From Magnetospirillum sp. (GTDB lineage Bacteria; Pseudomonadota; Alphaproteobacteria; CACIAM-22H2), in contig JAPZUA010000001.1 of NCBI GenBank assembly GCA_027532905.1, positions 1,111,950-1,175,949 on the forward strand: 64,000 nucleotides of DNA, written 5' to 3'. The notes below the pieces were generated by a model. The model was given only the letters and a program-made list of their open reading frames with translations, made no database searches and had not been told where the DNA came from. Position 1 is the first letter of the stretch, and each line of letters opens with the position of its first letter. Shown here piece by piece: positions 29,266-40,563 of the stretch. A program made the position numbers and the translations under genes.

Positions 29266-30801
29266 TTACCGACCGGCCGTCTTCCACACATCCCGATAAC
29301 GCGGGATCTGATCCGGGATCCACGTGAAGCCTTGGACCGTATCTTTGCGCGCAAGATACTGGACGGCGAAGAACAACGATACATACGGCAGATCATCAAC
29401 GATGATTTGCTGCGCCTTCGCATAGAGAGGCTTGCGCGCGTTGATATCCGTCAGTGCACGCGCCTGGTCCAACAAGGCATCGAACTCTTTGTTCGAATAC
29501 CCCGTCGAGTTCTGCGCCGCGTTTGTATAGAAAAGGAACCGGAACAACCCATCGGGATCCGGACGCTGCGTCCAGTTCATCGGCGTGAAGTTAATCTGAC
29601 GCCGAACCGTACGCGGATAGAACTCGGCGTTCGAAACCGGCTCAAGCGTCACTGTGATTCCGACTGCCTTCAATTGATCCTGAATCACCTCGGATATCTG
29701 CGAGTCGGGCGTGCGCTGAGGCGATGCCATGGCAATCGACAGCCCATTCGGGTAGCCAGCCTGCCTCAGAAGTTCGCGCGCCTTGGCCGGATCATAGGGA
29801 AGCGACTTGACGTCGGGGCTCTGCCACCAAAGACCTTCGGGTGTCGGCGATTCAGCGATCGGCGCTTGCCCCAGCATGATGATGTCCACCAGCTTCTTTC
29901 GGTCGATCGCGTGCGCGATTGCCCGGCGCAGCAACGGATTGTCGAAGGGTGGCTTGTCGATCTGCCATTGCAGCGAATACCAGCGGTTCGCCGGGGCCCG
30001 ATCAAGCTTGATATCGCGAACGTTGCGGAGCGGGATCACATCCTGCGCTGTAAGCGTAGGGATAAGGTCAAGTTCACCCGTCCGTAGGCGCTGCAAACCC
30101 ACAACAGATCCCGCGATATTCTGCATCACGATCCTGTCGAGATAAGGCTTTCCGGCCTCCCAATAGTTCGGGTTGCGTTCGACGACCAACTGGTTCCCGC
30201 GCACCCATTCACGGAGAATAAAGGGACCGCTTCCGACCGGTCGGCTTCCGAAGTCATCGCCGAGCCTTTGGACGGCCGTCGGCGACACCATGTAGCCTTC
30301 GCGCTGTCCGAGAAGCCCCAATAGTCCGGGATCCGCTACCTTGGTGTCGACCGCCACTGTCAGCGGATCCAAAACTGTAACCGCCTTGATCGATGCTTCA
30401 AGCGCCGGTCGTTGGGGCGATTTGGCGTCCGGATTGAGGCGCCAATCGAAGTTCCATTTCACTGCTTCGGCATCGACAGGCGTGCCGTCCTGGAACTTGA
30501 CGCCTGGCCGCAGTTTCAAGATGAGACGCAGCCCCTCATTCTCGTATCGCCAGCTTTCCGCGAGTTCGGGCTTGACCGAGAAATCGGTGTCGAGGCGAAC
30601 GAGCGTGTTGTAGAGCAGATAGAGGACATCACGCTCCGATAGATCGTTGGAGCGGACCGGATCCAAGGTTTGCATGCCGTGAAAGGACCCGACGACAAGC
30701 GTGCCGCCTCGCACCGGTTCTTGCGCCAAAGCGGAGAACGCCATCGAGCCGCCAGCCAGAAGCCCAAGAACTAGGCTTCGGAATCCGCGTTGCACTCCCA
30801 T
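29266..30801 (-). CDS. ABC transporter substrate-binding protein, peptide/nickel family 5
   Basis: Signal peptide; PELAESW, LRPGVKFQDGTP, PVGSGPF, RRAIAHAIDR. Confidence 0.92.
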   Translation of the reverse strand: MGVQRGFRSLVLGLLAGGSMAFSALAQEPVRGGTLVVGSFHGMQTLDPVRSNDLSERDVLYLLYNTLVRLDTDFSVKPELAESWRYENEGLRLILKLRPGVKFQDGTPVDAEAVKWNFDWRLNPDAKSPQRPALEASIKAVTVLDPLTVAVDTKVADPGLLGLLGQREGYMVSPTAVQRLGDDFGSRPVGSGPFILREWVRGNQLVVERNPNYWEAGKPYLDRIVMQNIAGSVVGLQRLRTGELDLIPTLTAQDVIPLRNVRDIKLDRAPANRWYSLQWQIDKPPFDNPLLRRAIAHAIDRKKLVDIIMLGQAPIAESPTPEGLWWQSPDVKSLPYDPAKARELLRQAGYPNGLSIAMASPQRTPDSQISEVIQDQLKAVGITVTLEPVSNAEFYPRTVRRQINFTPMNWTQRPDPDGLFRFLFYTNAAQNSTGYSNKEFDALLDQARALTDINARKPLYAKAQQIIVDDLPYVSLFFAVQYLARKDTVQGFTWIPDQIPRYRDVWKTAGR

Positions 30802-31188
30802 ATTCGCCCTCCATCCCGGTTGTCCCAAAAGTGGGATTATTAATTATTAGATGACAGTATTAGCCTCAACGACGAATGTCAACGTGTCGGGAAGCAGATT
30901 GTACGCGAAACGGCTTCAAACAGATCGTCGAGATCGGCGACAGATCCGATTAGCTCGGTCAGCGGATCTATCCGCGAGAAGCGCGGGGCATCATCAAAGA
31001 ACGAAAGCACAGCAGCGCTTGTGGTGATTCGTCTACTTTTCGCGGCATCAGTTTCGATAGTTGTTTCTGAATTTTTATCGCGTCGATCAGGCGCACAATG
31101 CCGCTATGGGAGCTTGAACGGCTTTTCAGGCTTATTGGGATATGACTAGTATGATCTGTTCCGAATTTTGAACACTAGGGGATTAACA

Positions 31189-32151
31189 ATGCGAATTCTT
31201 GTAACAGGGGGCGTCGGTGTGAACGGGGCCGTTGTCACGCGTAAACTACTCGCGCACGGCATCGTCCCCATCGTCGTTGATCGACGTGCTGATTTCTCGC
31301 TTGTGCAAGACATCAAAGGAAAATTCGATTTTGCAGAACTCGATATCACCGACTTTGACGCTGTTAACAGCTTGCTTGCCGAAAAACAGATCGATCGAAT
31401 CATCCATTTAGCGGCATTTATAGATCCGAACATGGACACGGAACCGTTTAAATCGTTCCAGGTAAACGCAGCAGGCACTGCGAATCTACTTGAAGCGGCA
31501 AAGCGGGCGGGAATCAAACGATTCGTCTATGCAAGCAGCCGCGCTGTCTACGGCGAATTGCCGGGCAATGTTGGCGTGCCGGAATACCGACTGATTTCGG
31601 AGGACTATCCGAAAAACCCGCTCCTCTCGTACGACGCGACGAAGTTGGCCGCCGAAAATCTTGGCCAAGTCTATCGAACCGTTTTTGGGCTCGAGTTCGC
31701 AGCGCTGCGTTTTTCGGCAATCTACGGACCCGGCAAACAGGCGCGACATGGCAAAATGTCACTGCGCAGTCGCCTGGTGGAAGACCCGTTCTGCGGAAAA
31801 GAAGTGCATCTGCAAAAGGGCGGCGACCAGGTCGATGACTTGATCTATGTCGACGACGCCGCGGAGGGCATGGTCGGCGCTGTGATGGCCGAAAAGCTGC
31901 CTCACGCAGCGTATAACATCGCAAGCGGCGTTGGATGCACTCTCCGTCAATTTGCCGATGCCGTTCGTGCGGCGATCCCAGGCACGGTTATCGAAATCGG
32001 CCCAGGACTAAATCCACTCGGCTTTTCCGTCAATCGGGCTGGGATATTCGACATCCAACGCGCGGGCATCGACTTTGGATTCAAGCCGAAATTTGATCTG
32101 GCAAGCGGCGTGAAAGACTATGTCGATGCGCTTCGACGCCTTGAACAATAA
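31189..32151 (+). CDS. NAD-dependent epimerase/dehydratase (extended SDR)
   Basis: ILVTGGVGVNG, ASSRAVYG, YDATK. Confidence 0.9.
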   Translation: MRILVTGGVGVNGAVVTRKLLAHGIVPIVVDRRADFSLVQDIKGKFDFAELDITDFDAVNSLLAEKQIDRIIHLAAFIDPNMDTEPFKSFQVNAAGTANLLEAAKRAGIKRFVYASSRAVYGELPGNVGVPEYRLISEDYPKNPLLSYDATKLAAENLGQVYRTVFGLEFAALRFSAIYGPGKQARHGKMSLRSRLVEDPFCGKEVHLQKGGDQVDDLIYVDDAAEGMVGAVMAEKLPHAAYNIASGVGCTLRQFADAVRAAIPGTVIEIGPGLNPLGFSVNRAGIFDIQRAGIDFGFKPKFDLASGVKDYVDALRRLEQ

Positions 32152-32170
32152 CTTTGCCGACCTGAGTGGA

Positions 32171-34531
32171 TTAGCGTGCGCTTGCGGTTCGCGCCGCCTC
32201 GATGAGCGCACGCAGGCGGACTGGCGTCACGGGGAGATCTAGCACCCGCACGCCGAGTGGTTTCAGCGCATCTTCGATTGCCGACACGACAGCCGCAGGC
32301 GCCGCGATCGTGCCGCCTTCGGCAGCGCCTTTGACGCCGAGCGGATTGAGCGGGCTTGGGGACTCCATGTGCAGCAACTCGATGCGAGGCAATACATCCG
32401 AGGCCGGCAGCAAATAGTCCCCGTAAGTCACCGTAAGCGGCTGTCCGCGATCATCGTAGCGCATCCATTCGAACAAGGCGTTGCCGATGCCGTGGACAAT
32501 CGCCCCAAGCACCTGCCCTTCAACGATCTGAGGGTTGATGACCTTCCCACAATCGTGGATCGCAACATATCGAGTTAGTTCTATGCCGCCCGTTTCGCAA
32601 TCTACTTCGACCTCGGCGACATGCGCGCCGTTTGCGAAAGGGGTTCCGGCAACCTGAAAATCGGATGCAGCGAACAAACCGGGAGAAATCCCCCCCGGAA
32701 GAGCGAATCCGATCGATCCATTTACCGCTTTAGCGAGGTCGCCGAGCGACCGCGACATCTGACGTACACCCCGCACATGCGCGACACCATCTCGAAGTTC
32801 GATGTCCTCCGGCGCCGCTTCGAGAAGGACAGAGGCGATCTGTTTTGCCTTCTGTGCAACCTCGATCGCCGCCGCATATACCGAGTTTCCCGCGGTCACT
32901 GTCTGGCGGCTTGCAAAGGCGCCAATTCCAAGCGGACTAAAGTTCGTATCGCCGACGATCACATCGATCATGCTGGTTTCAACTCCAAGTTCCCGCGCGA
33001 CGATCGTCGCCAGCATCGACTTTGTCCCCTGCCCCTGCGCTGTCGCGCCGCTTGTGACAAGTATGCGCCCGGAAGGTCCGATGCGGACAGATGCGCTCTC
33101 AAACGGACCGCGCCCCGTCAATTCGACGTAGTTCGACAAGCCAATCCCAATCCACCGTCCCTTGGCGCGCGCTGCGGCTTGACGAGCGGAAAAATCCGCC
33201 CATCCGGCCGCCGCTAGGACCCGTTTTTGGCATTCTGGATAGTCGCCGCTGTCGTAGGTCATCATGCTGCCGTCGCGCATGACGACCGGCGTCGTAAACG
33301 GCATCTGACTTGCTTGAATGAGATTCCTACTGCGTATCTCGTCGCGCGTTATCCCGACGATCGCGGCGGCGCGATCAAGCATGCGTTCCATTACATACGT
33401 GCCTTGCGGCCGACCTGCGCCCCTTGTCGCCGCAGTGGGCACCATGTTGGTCAGACAAGACGAAACCTTCATCTCGTAGGCAGGCAAGACGTAGGCGCCG
33501 ATCAGGTTTGTCGCCGCGTTTTGCGGAATGGAGCTGCCATAGGGCGTGCAGGCGCCATGGTCGTGGATAAGGCGCCCTTTGACGGCAAGCACCTTGCCAT
33601 CCTTGTCGAGCGCCATCGCTACCGACCAGAATTGATCGCGCTCCATGACAGTCGCCTGGAAGTTTTCACGTCGGTCCTCGGTCCATTTCAAAATGCGCCC
33701 AAGAAGTTTCGCCGCCGCAGGCACGGCAAGCTCCTCGGGATGGAATACGGCCTTCGGGCCGAAACCGCCGCCAACCTCAGGTGCCACGACCCGCACTTGA
33801 CTCTCGTGCAGCCCTAGCATTTGCACCAAGACTGCCTTGTTGCGATGCGGCATTTGGGTGCTGTCCCAAACATCCAGAGATTCGGCGCTTTCGTCGTACC
33901 TGGCCAAGATGCCGCGCGGTTCCATCGAATGCCCGCCGCCTTTATGCAGGCGGAATTCCTCCGAAAAAACATGCGCCGCACGTTTGAAGGCGCTATCGAC
34001 ATCCCCGTATTTGATGACCGCTTCGGCCACCAGATTATCCGGACAGTCGAGGCGCGTTTTCGGCGCACCTGGCGCAAGGCCGACGACGATGTCAACAACG
34101 GCAGTCAGCGGCTCGTAGTCGATTTCAACGCGCGCAGCAGCATCTTCCGCCAATGCCTGACTTTCAGCGACGACCAGTGCGATCGGTTCGCCGACATAAC
34201 ATGTCTCGCTGGAAGCGAGCACCGGCGGATCGACCACAAAACGGATGGCACCAGACGGCATAGCCAACGCGATGCGATCCTGCGTGAGCAGTGGGCGAAT
34301 ATCGGCATAGGTCAAAACCGCCTTCACCCCAGGCGCAGCCTTCGCTGCGGCGGTATCTATGCTTCGGATAAGCGCGTGCGCCATGGCGCTGCGAACGAAC
34401 GCGACATGAAGCATCCCTGGCATATGCAGATCATCGACGAAACGGCCCTTCCCACGCAGCAATGTCTCGTCTTCGTAACGCGTCCCAGTCTGCAGCTCAC
34501 CGATAGCCATATGCCTGTCCTCTAAAGACAA
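32171..34531 (-). CDS. Xanthine-dehydrogenase-family molybdopterin large subunit #2
   Basis: RYEDETLLRG, VGGGFGPK, loop ATRGAGRPQ, GVKGAAEGG. Confidence 0.92.
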   Translation of the reverse strand: MSLEDRHMAIGELQTGTRYEDETLLRGKGRFVDDLHMPGMLHVAFVRSAMAHALIRSIDTAAAKAAPGVKAVLTYADIRPLLTQDRIALAMPSGAIRFVVDPPVLASSETCYVGEPIALVVAESQALAEDAAARVEIDYEPLTAVVDIVVGLAPGAPKTRLDCPDNLVAEAVIKYGDVDSAFKRAAHVFSEEFRLHKGGGHSMEPRGILARYDESAESLDVWDSTQMPHRNKAVLVQMLGLHESQVRVVAPEVGGGFGPKAVFHPEELAVPAAAKLLGRILKWTEDRRENFQATVMERDQFWSVAMALDKDGKVLAVKGRLIHDHGACTPYGSSIPQNAATNLIGAYVLPAYEMKVSSCLTNMVPTAATRGAGRPQGTYVMERMLDRAAAIVGITRDEIRSRNLIQASQMPFTTPVVMRDGSMMTYDSGDYPECQKRVLAAAGWADFSARQAAARAKGRWIGIGLSNYVELTGRGPFESASVRIGPSGRILVTSGATAQGQGTKSMLATIVARELGVETSMIDVIVGDTNFSPLGIGAFASRQTVTAGNSVYAAAIEVAQKAKQIASVLLEAAPEDIELRDGVAHVRGVRQMSRSLGDLAKAVNGSIGFALPGGISPGLFAASDFQVAGTPFANGAHVAEVEVDCETGGIELTRYVAIHDCGKVINPQIVEGQVLGAIVHGIGNALFEWMRYDDRGQPLTVTYGDYLLPASDVLPRIELLHMESPSPLNPLGVKGAAEGGTIAAPAAVVSAIEDALKPLGVRVLDLPVTPVRLRALIEAARTASAR

Positions 34532-34601
34532 TTCGTCAAATCAGTCCACATTTACGCCCCGGCCTTATCTTCGAACGCTTGCCGCCAAGACAGACGAAAG
34601 T

Positions 34602-35657
34602 TTATGCAAGCGCCTTGCTCCGTCGTGCGTTCTCCTCCCACCGGCGACGAACTTCGGCGGATTGATAGTCTTGCGTCTTCGACATCTTCGGCCAATCCGA
34701 TACGTCGAGCCAAAGCCGCAGTAGATGACGGCGGCGCTCTTTCTCCGGGTGGTCCTCGAATGCAGCACGCCCGTGCAGGACCGTGCGATTGTTCAGAAAC
34801 TGCATGTCGCCAGGCTCAAGATACATGTTCGTCATTATTTCAGGATGATTTGCAAACGCGTTGAGCGCCTGAAGTGCAGCCTCCTCCTTCGGACTAAGCT
34901 GCACCAATCCGGACAAAACCGGACGCCGAATATAGCCGGGCACATAAAAGCAATTCAGCCATCCATCCGCATGCTCGTAAATCGGAACGCGGTGCCGACT
35001 GACCAGATCGTAACCCGCGTCTTTTGCATCGCCGTCCGTACCGCGAAGGAAGAAGCCTTCGTATAGAACCTCCAAGAGCATTGGGCAGTGGTCGAGAAGC
35101 AGATTATGTACCGCATGGGCGCTCGCCAACCGCGACGCGCCACCGGTTTTCGCCATTGTAATGCTTAACATCGAGACAATATCGGAAGCGTCAGTATGAG
35201 CGAGCTGAGCGCCGGGTGAGTGGTATCCACGGCGGCGGAATATGTCGGGCTGCTCGTCGCTCAAATCGATTATGTCGCCCAAGCGGTCGCCTTCGTGGCT
35301 TTGCGCTTCGGCGCGCCCGAAATGAGCGCCGATCCCCCAATAGATGCGCTTCAGATCATCCAGACCGTACTTCTGCGCCGGCAATCCCCGAATAACGATA
35401 AAACCCCGCCCGGTCGCGATCTCTTTTCGAATTTCGTCAAGATCGCCATTAAGCGATACGAGCGGAAAATCGTCGGATCGCACCGCATCCCAAGCAAGTC
35501 CGCGCGCCTTGACCCGCGCAAGACAATCATCGATCTCTTGAAGGGTTCGCTCCGGCAGACGGAACACCCAATCGCTTCGATCGGACAATTCCTTGGCTGT
35601 CCAAACGGAGCGGCCTTGAGGGCGATACCGCGCAAACGAGGTTGTGCCTTGGTTCAT
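34602..35657 (-). CDS. TauD/TfdA (clavaminate-synthase-like) dioxygenase
   Basis: GRGFIVIRGLP, AHTD, NNRTVLHGR, RHLLRLWL. Confidence 0.88.
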   Translation of the reverse strand: MNQGTTSFARYRPQGRSVWTAKELSDRSDWVFRLPERTLQEIDDCLARVKARGLAWDAVRSDDFPLVSLNGDLDEIRKEIATGRGFIVIRGLPAQKYGLDDLKRIYWGIGAHFGRAEAQSHEGDRLGDIIDLSDEQPDIFRRRGYHSPGAQLAHTDASDIVSMLSITMAKTGGASRLASAHAVHNLLLDHCPMLLEVLYEGFFLRGTDGDAKDAGYDLVSRHRVPIYEHADGWLNCFYVPGYIRRPVLSGLVQLSPKEEAALQALNAFANHPEIMTNMYLEPGDMQFLNNRTVLHGRAAFEDHPEKERRRHLLRLWLDVSDWPKMSKTQDYQSAEVRRRWEENARRSKALA

Positions 35658-36002
35658 AGCATCCTCCTATTTCGGAGCCACATTCAGTGTCGGTGCGCTC
35701 GAACGGTGCCCGGCGGTTAACCCGCCACAATATGGAAATGGTTCATCTCCGGCTTTTCCTGACATGATTAGGCCAAATTGTTCCAAAGTTTGAACCCTCC
35801 TTGGCCATCAGGAAATGTCCGCTGTGCCTCACCCTTGCATTCGTTTGAGCTTGAAAAACAAGGAATCGGCAATGTGCTCCTCCAAATACCCTTCGAACGG
35901 CTGACCACAGAACGATAGCACATTCCCATTTTTTGTATTATTATTGATTTTGGTATGAATACGAGCGAAAACTAGTTTTTCCGTGAAGAGATTCAGCAGT
36001 AA

Positions 36003-37658
36003 ATGACAACTCACCTTCTGACCACGCTAGGCCGAGACCGACTTGACCGGCACTATCGGGACGGCTCTTGGAAAAGCGACACCTTCTACAAACTTGTCGC
36101 GAACCGGGCTGAGCGAAGCCCCGACAAATTTGCCATCCGCGATCGCGCCCGACGGCTCACCTACAGACAGCTTGTCCAGGAGGCGGATGCTCTCGCACGC
36201 GCGCTACAACACCGCGGAACCCGCCCAGGGCAACGTATCGCCGTTTGGGTCGCAAGCCGCATTGAAGTCGCGATCGCGCTCCTTGCCTGTTCGCGCAACG
36301 GCTATGTCTGCTGCCCTTCGCTACACCGCGACCACACTGTAAACGACGTCACAGAATTGCTTCGAAAAGTTCGTGCGTCCGTGCTGATTGCCCAGCGTGG
36401 TTTCGGCGCCGACGCCGAAAAGAACGACATCGTCGTTCAGGCGGGAACAATCGCGTCGATCAGACATATCTATGTGCTTGGATCGGTCGATGAGCATAAC
36501 GGAACTCCGCTTTCGCTGCCGTGGTCACAAGACGCGGCCGCAGAAGCGAACCCAGTTCGGCCCGATGACAATCCCGACAGCGTCGTTTATCTCGCCTTCA
36601 CATCCGGTACGACAGGCGTTCCCAAAGGCGTCATGCACAGCGACAATACGCTGCTTGCCAACGCACGAACAATCTCGCGGGACTGGACGATCGACGAGAA
36701 GGCAAATGTCTATACGCTCGGCACTCTGAGCCACAATCTCGGATTTGGCGCGATGATCATGACTTTGATTGTCGGCGGCGAGATAATCGTCCACGACTTG
36801 CCCAAAGGGGCGAGCTTGCTCGACCGGCTCAAGGAAGTGGGCGCCACGTTTCTTTTCGGCGTTCCCACGCATGCCATAGACCTGCTGTCGGAGATGCGAG
36901 GCCGCAAGGCCCTTGATCTTCCCAAACTCGCCGGCTTTCGCGTGTCTGGCGCATCCGCCCCTGCTTGGGTCATCAGCGAGCTTCTGAGCCACGGAATCAA
37001 GCCGCAGGCCGGGTATGGCATGACGGAAACGTGCTCACATCAGTATACGCATCCGAACGACGAAGCGAGATTGCTCACCGAGACAGTCGGCCGTGCTTGC
37101 GAAGGCTACGAGATAAAGATCTGGAACACGGAGAACGCGTCGATCGAAATGCCTGTCGGGGAGATCGGCGAGATAGGCGGCAGGGGTGCAAGCCTTATGC
37201 TAGGCTACTTCAACGATCAGACGGCGACGGAAGACTCGTTCAACGCCCACGGCTGGTTCATGACCAGCGATTTGGGCTGGATCGACGAGAATGGCTACCT
37301 TCGCATCACCGGCCGCAAGAAGGATGTCATCAATCGCGGTGGACACAAGATTTTCCCTGCAAAACTCGAGGCGATCGCGTCCCAGCACCATAGCATCGAA
37401 CGCGTTGCTGCAATCCCGGTTGCCGATGCACGGCTCGGCGAGAAGGTCTGCCTCGCGGTCGAATTCCGAAACGGCGAGAAGATTTCGGCAAAAGATATTC
37501 TGGAGCATCTGAACGTCGGTGGGCTTTCGAAGTACGACATGCCCGAGTATTTCCTCGAGCTCGACCGCATTCCGCTCACCGCGAGCGGAAAGATCCGAAA
37601 AGTCGAAATAGTCGAGGCGGTCAAATCCGGTCGCCAGCTTCCTGTCGCAATCCGGTGA
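36003..37658 (+). CDS. Acyl-CoA synthetase (AMP-binding; cyclohexanecarboxylate-CoA ligase-like)
   Basis: FTSGTTGVPKG, YGMTE, RITGRKKD, TASGKIRK. Confidence 0.92.
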   Translation: MTTHLLTTLGRDRLDRHYRDGSWKSDTFYKLVANRAERSPDKFAIRDRARRLTYRQLVQEADALARALQHRGTRPGQRIAVWVASRIEVAIALLACSRNGYVCCPSLHRDHTVNDVTELLRKVRASVLIAQRGFGADAEKNDIVVQAGTIASIRHIYVLGSVDEHNGTPLSLPWSQDAAAEANPVRPDDNPDSVVYLAFTSGTTGVPKGVMHSDNTLLANARTISRDWTIDEKANVYTLGTLSHNLGFGAMIMTLIVGGEIIVHDLPKGASLLDRLKEVGATFLFGVPTHAIDLLSEMRGRKALDLPKLAGFRVSGASAPAWVISELLSHGIKPQAGYGMTETCSHQYTHPNDEARLLTETVGRACEGYEIKIWNTENASIEMPVGEIGEIGGRGASLMLGYFNDQTATEDSFNAHGWFMTSDLGWIDENGYLRITGRKKDVINRGGHKIFPAKLEAIASQHHSIERVAAIPVADARLGEKVCLAVEFRNGEKISAKDILEHLNVGGLSKYDMPEYFLELDRIPLTASGKIRKVEIVEAVKSGRQLPVAIR

Positions 37659-37705
37659 TCGCAAGAGCGCCACACGAACTTTGAATACGTCTCAGCGAAG
37701 GTCAC

Positions 37706-38707
37706 ATGCGCGCCATAATCGTCGATGCCTACGGCCCGATCGAAAATCTGCGTCTCGGCACGATGCCAGATCCAGTCCCTGTCCGAGACGAGGTGCTCGT
37801 GCGCACCCATGCCACCACGGTCAACTATGTCGACCAGTTGGTGATCACCGGGAAGTACCAGTTCTTGCCCAAGCCACCCTTCGTGCCCGGCAAGGGGCCT
37901 GCCGGTATTGTCATTGGGCTAGGGCCCGATGCCAAGAGAATCAAAGTCGGAGATAGAGTTCTGGCAATGGCGGAGATCGGCGGATATGCCGAACTCGCAA
38001 CGGTATCGGAATCACAATGCTATGTGCTGCCACCCAAGATGAGCTTCCCCGAAGCGTCGTCGATGGCCGTCGCGAGCGATACCGCTTGGTTCGCCCTGAA
38101 CGATCGGGCACGTTACAAGGTCGGCGACACTGTCCTTGTGCTTGGCGCTTCGGGTGCCGTGGGAATAGCCGCGATTCAAATCGCGAAGGCAATGGGCGCT
38201 TTTGTAATGGCGGGGATATCCAACCCCGACAAGATACCCCTCGCAAAGTTAGCCGGAGCCGACGCGATCGTCGACTTGGCGCGGCCCGACCTACGCGACG
38301 GGTTGCGTGCCCAAGTCCACGCCCTAACGGATGGTCGTGGCGCAGACATCATCCTCGATCCGCTTGGCGGCGATGTATTCGACGCTGCAATCCGCGCGCT
38401 TGCCTGGTGCGGTCGACTCGTTGTCATCGGGTTCGCCGCAGGACGAATTCCGACACTTAAAGTCAACTACGTGCTCCTGAAGAACATTGAAGTGACTGGC
38501 CTTCAGGTCAGCGATTACCGCAAGAAACGCCCCGAGCAAGTTGAAACCTGCTATCGGCAATTATTCGATTGGTTTCAAGCCGGAAAGATATCTCCGCTGC
38601 CGATGACCGCGTATACGTTCGAGAATTTCCACGAGGCGCTTGCGGCTATTCGCGACAGAACGGCGCGCGGACGCGTTGTCCTTACGCACAGAACGGACAC
38701 GCTATAG
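37706..38707 (+). CDS. NADPH:quinone oxidoreductase family (MDR)
   Basis: GKYQFLPKPPFVPG, LGASGAVG, GRLVVIGFAAG. Confidence 0.9.
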   Translation: MRAIIVDAYGPIENLRLGTMPDPVPVRDEVLVRTHATTVNYVDQLVITGKYQFLPKPPFVPGKGPAGIVIGLGPDAKRIKVGDRVLAMAEIGGYAELATVSESQCYVLPPKMSFPEASSMAVASDTAWFALNDRARYKVGDTVLVLGASGAVGIAAIQIAKAMGAFVMAGISNPDKIPLAKLAGADAIVDLARPDLRDGLRAQVHALTDGRGADIILDPLGGDVFDAAIRALAWCGRLVVIGFAAGRIPTLKVNYVLLKNIEVTGLQVSDYRKKRPEQVETCYRQLFDWFQAGKISPLPMTAYTFENFHEALAAIRDRTARGRVVLTHRTDTL

Positions 38708-38720
38708 CGTTGAAGCCAAC

Positions 38721-39512
38721 TCAAGTGCCGTGCGAGACGTCGTCCTCGACGCGCTTCGGACGGCTTGGCGCCAAAACGCGCTTTCGCCGAACCGTGCTGT
38801 TTTCGTGTTTTCCCGCCGCTTCGTCCTCAAGTCTTGTAAGCAGCGCGATCGCGTAGCGCGCCGAACGCTCGACCATTGATTTGCAACGCTGAACGATATC
38901 ATCGACATCGCGGCGTATGGCCGCATCGACGACTCCTCGCATAATTGAAAGCGTTTCGCTCTCGCGTTCGGCTCCCGAAGCCTCTGCGGTTAACGCCCGC
39001 AAATAGTTTATTCGAGCGCGCAAGTTGCGAAGTATCGAACGGGCCACCTCGTTGTCGGCGCCACGCATCAAGATGTCGAAAAAACGATCAATCGACTGGA
39101 CGTAGTCAGTGACCGGCTTGCGATTGATATCCCGCTCGATCGCGTCGCACGCGAGTTTCAGCGCCTCGACGTCTTTTGCGCTTGCTCGCTGAACGAACAG
39201 GCCCGCCGACGCTGTCTCGAGGGCAAGTCGAACCTCGTATATTTGGCGAGCTTCCGACGGCGAAAGAGCAGCGACCATGAGTCCCCGACGCGGCCCACGT
39301 TCGACCAATCCTTCAGCCTCAAGCTGACGAAGCGCTTCTCGGATCGACGTCCTGCTGACGCCGGTTTCGACACACAGCATTCGCTCCGTGAGCTTTTGGC
39401 CCGGTTTGTAGTGGAGCCGCAGAATAGCGTTGCGGATCTTGACGGTGGCACGTTCCCGCAAATTGGGGGCATTTCGTCCAACCCGCAGCGATTGCTGTCC
39501 GCCACGCGCCAT
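38721..39512 (-). CDS. GntR (FadR/FCD) transcriptional regulator
   Basis: KPGQKLTER, GVSRTSIREALRQLEAEGLV, IYEVRLALE. Confidence 0.92.
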   Translation of the reverse strand: MARGGQQSLRVGRNAPNLRERATVKIRNAILRLHYKPGQKLTERMLCVETGVSRTSIREALRQLEAEGLVERGPRRGLMVAALSPSEARQIYEVRLALETASAGLFVQRASAKDVEALKLACDAIERDINRKPVTDYVQSIDRFFDILMRGADNEVARSILRNLRARINYLRALTAEASGAERESETLSIMRGVVDAAIRRDVDDIVQRCKSMVERSARYAIALLTRLEDEAAGKHENSTVRRKRVLAPSRPKRVEDDVSHGT

Positions 39513-39595
39513 CCAGAAGAATCCTTGCGTCTGAGCCGCAGATTAGGTGATCTGCACGCCTTCAAGAATATCAGAGGATCGTCGCAAAAGTCTGC

Positions 39596-40201
39596 CTATC
39601 CTTGGCGGCGGCCGAATAGCCTCGAAACATAAGCCAATATCACCTTCCACAACAGTCTGCCTGCCGACAGGCTCTCTACCGGTGGCGGCGTTGATGGGGC
39701 GGATACCGAATTTGTCGCCGGGTCTTGTGTCGAAACCGGACTAGTGTTTTCGGCGTCGATCTGGTTCCGCAAACGGCCAGCGAACTCCGATGTAATCTGA
39801 TTGGCGAGTTCTTTTATAACACCGGAAGCTCGGCCATACTGAGCAACGGCTCCAGTTAGCGATAGGGTCGTCTTGATCGTGACAATCGAGCCCGATGGCG
39901 ACGGGTCTAGTCCAAACTGGATGTTAGCATTGGCCGCTCCGCGCCCCTTAGCATCGTTGCCGCGCGCGGTCGCCAAGGCTCGGTGGTTCACCGCATCCAT
40001 TTCAGTGAATTTTACGGTACCGGCGAAGTTCATTGTCACCGGGCCAAGGCGAACCGTAACCTTCCCTTTGAAGGTCTTATCGTCGACAATCTCGACCAGT
40101 TCTGCGCCCGGCATACACTTGACCATGTTCGGCACATCGAGCAACACAGCCCAAGCGCGGTCGGGAGGAAGCGGCACTTCAAACGAGTTTTCAAATTCCA
40201 T
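39596..40201 (-). CDS. coxG: CoxG/SRPBCC accessory protein
   Basis: FENSFEVP, CMPGAEL, VRLGPV, GAVAQYGR. Confidence 0.85.
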   Translation of the reverse strand: MEFENSFEVPLPPDRAWAVLLDVPNMVKCMPGAELVEIVDDKTFKGKVTVRLGPVTMNFAGTVKFTEMDAVNHRALATARGNDAKGRGAANANIQFGLDPSPSGSIVTIKTTLSLTGAVAQYGRASGVIKELANQITSEFAGRLRNQIDAENTSPVSTQDPATNSVSAPSTPPPVESLSAGRLLWKVILAYVSRLFGRRQG

Positions 40202-40563
40202 AACGCTTATCGGACCCCTTTGGCCTTTGCCTCAAATTCGCGACAGAGCGTCGCATCGACCACTTCACGCCTCGAAACATACCACCAATTCCAATTTCGG
40301 TACAGTTGGCAATTGACACAAATATGACTGCCTGTTATTGAATTTACGACATTTGAAATGCCTGCTGTATGCTGGAGTTGAGAAGAGAGAAAAAAATTGG
40401 AACACTCCGTTCTGCAGACTGCGACACTGTCCAATCAGCGCCCCCTGCGGCTCCTGCTGCCGAACGAATTGTCGTCTGTATCTCAGCTTAAAAGCAGCGA
40501 CAATTTGGCTTTTTCCGATCCGATGCCGCCCTGCGCTACCTCAGCCGTATTGGAACTTGGCCA

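Noticed and set aside
28107..35795. LexA/SOS boxes suggested by GTTC/GAAC words
   Set aside because: The alphaproteobacterial LexA box is a GTTC-N7-GTTC direct repeat; these sites are N8 palindromes in front of catabolic genes
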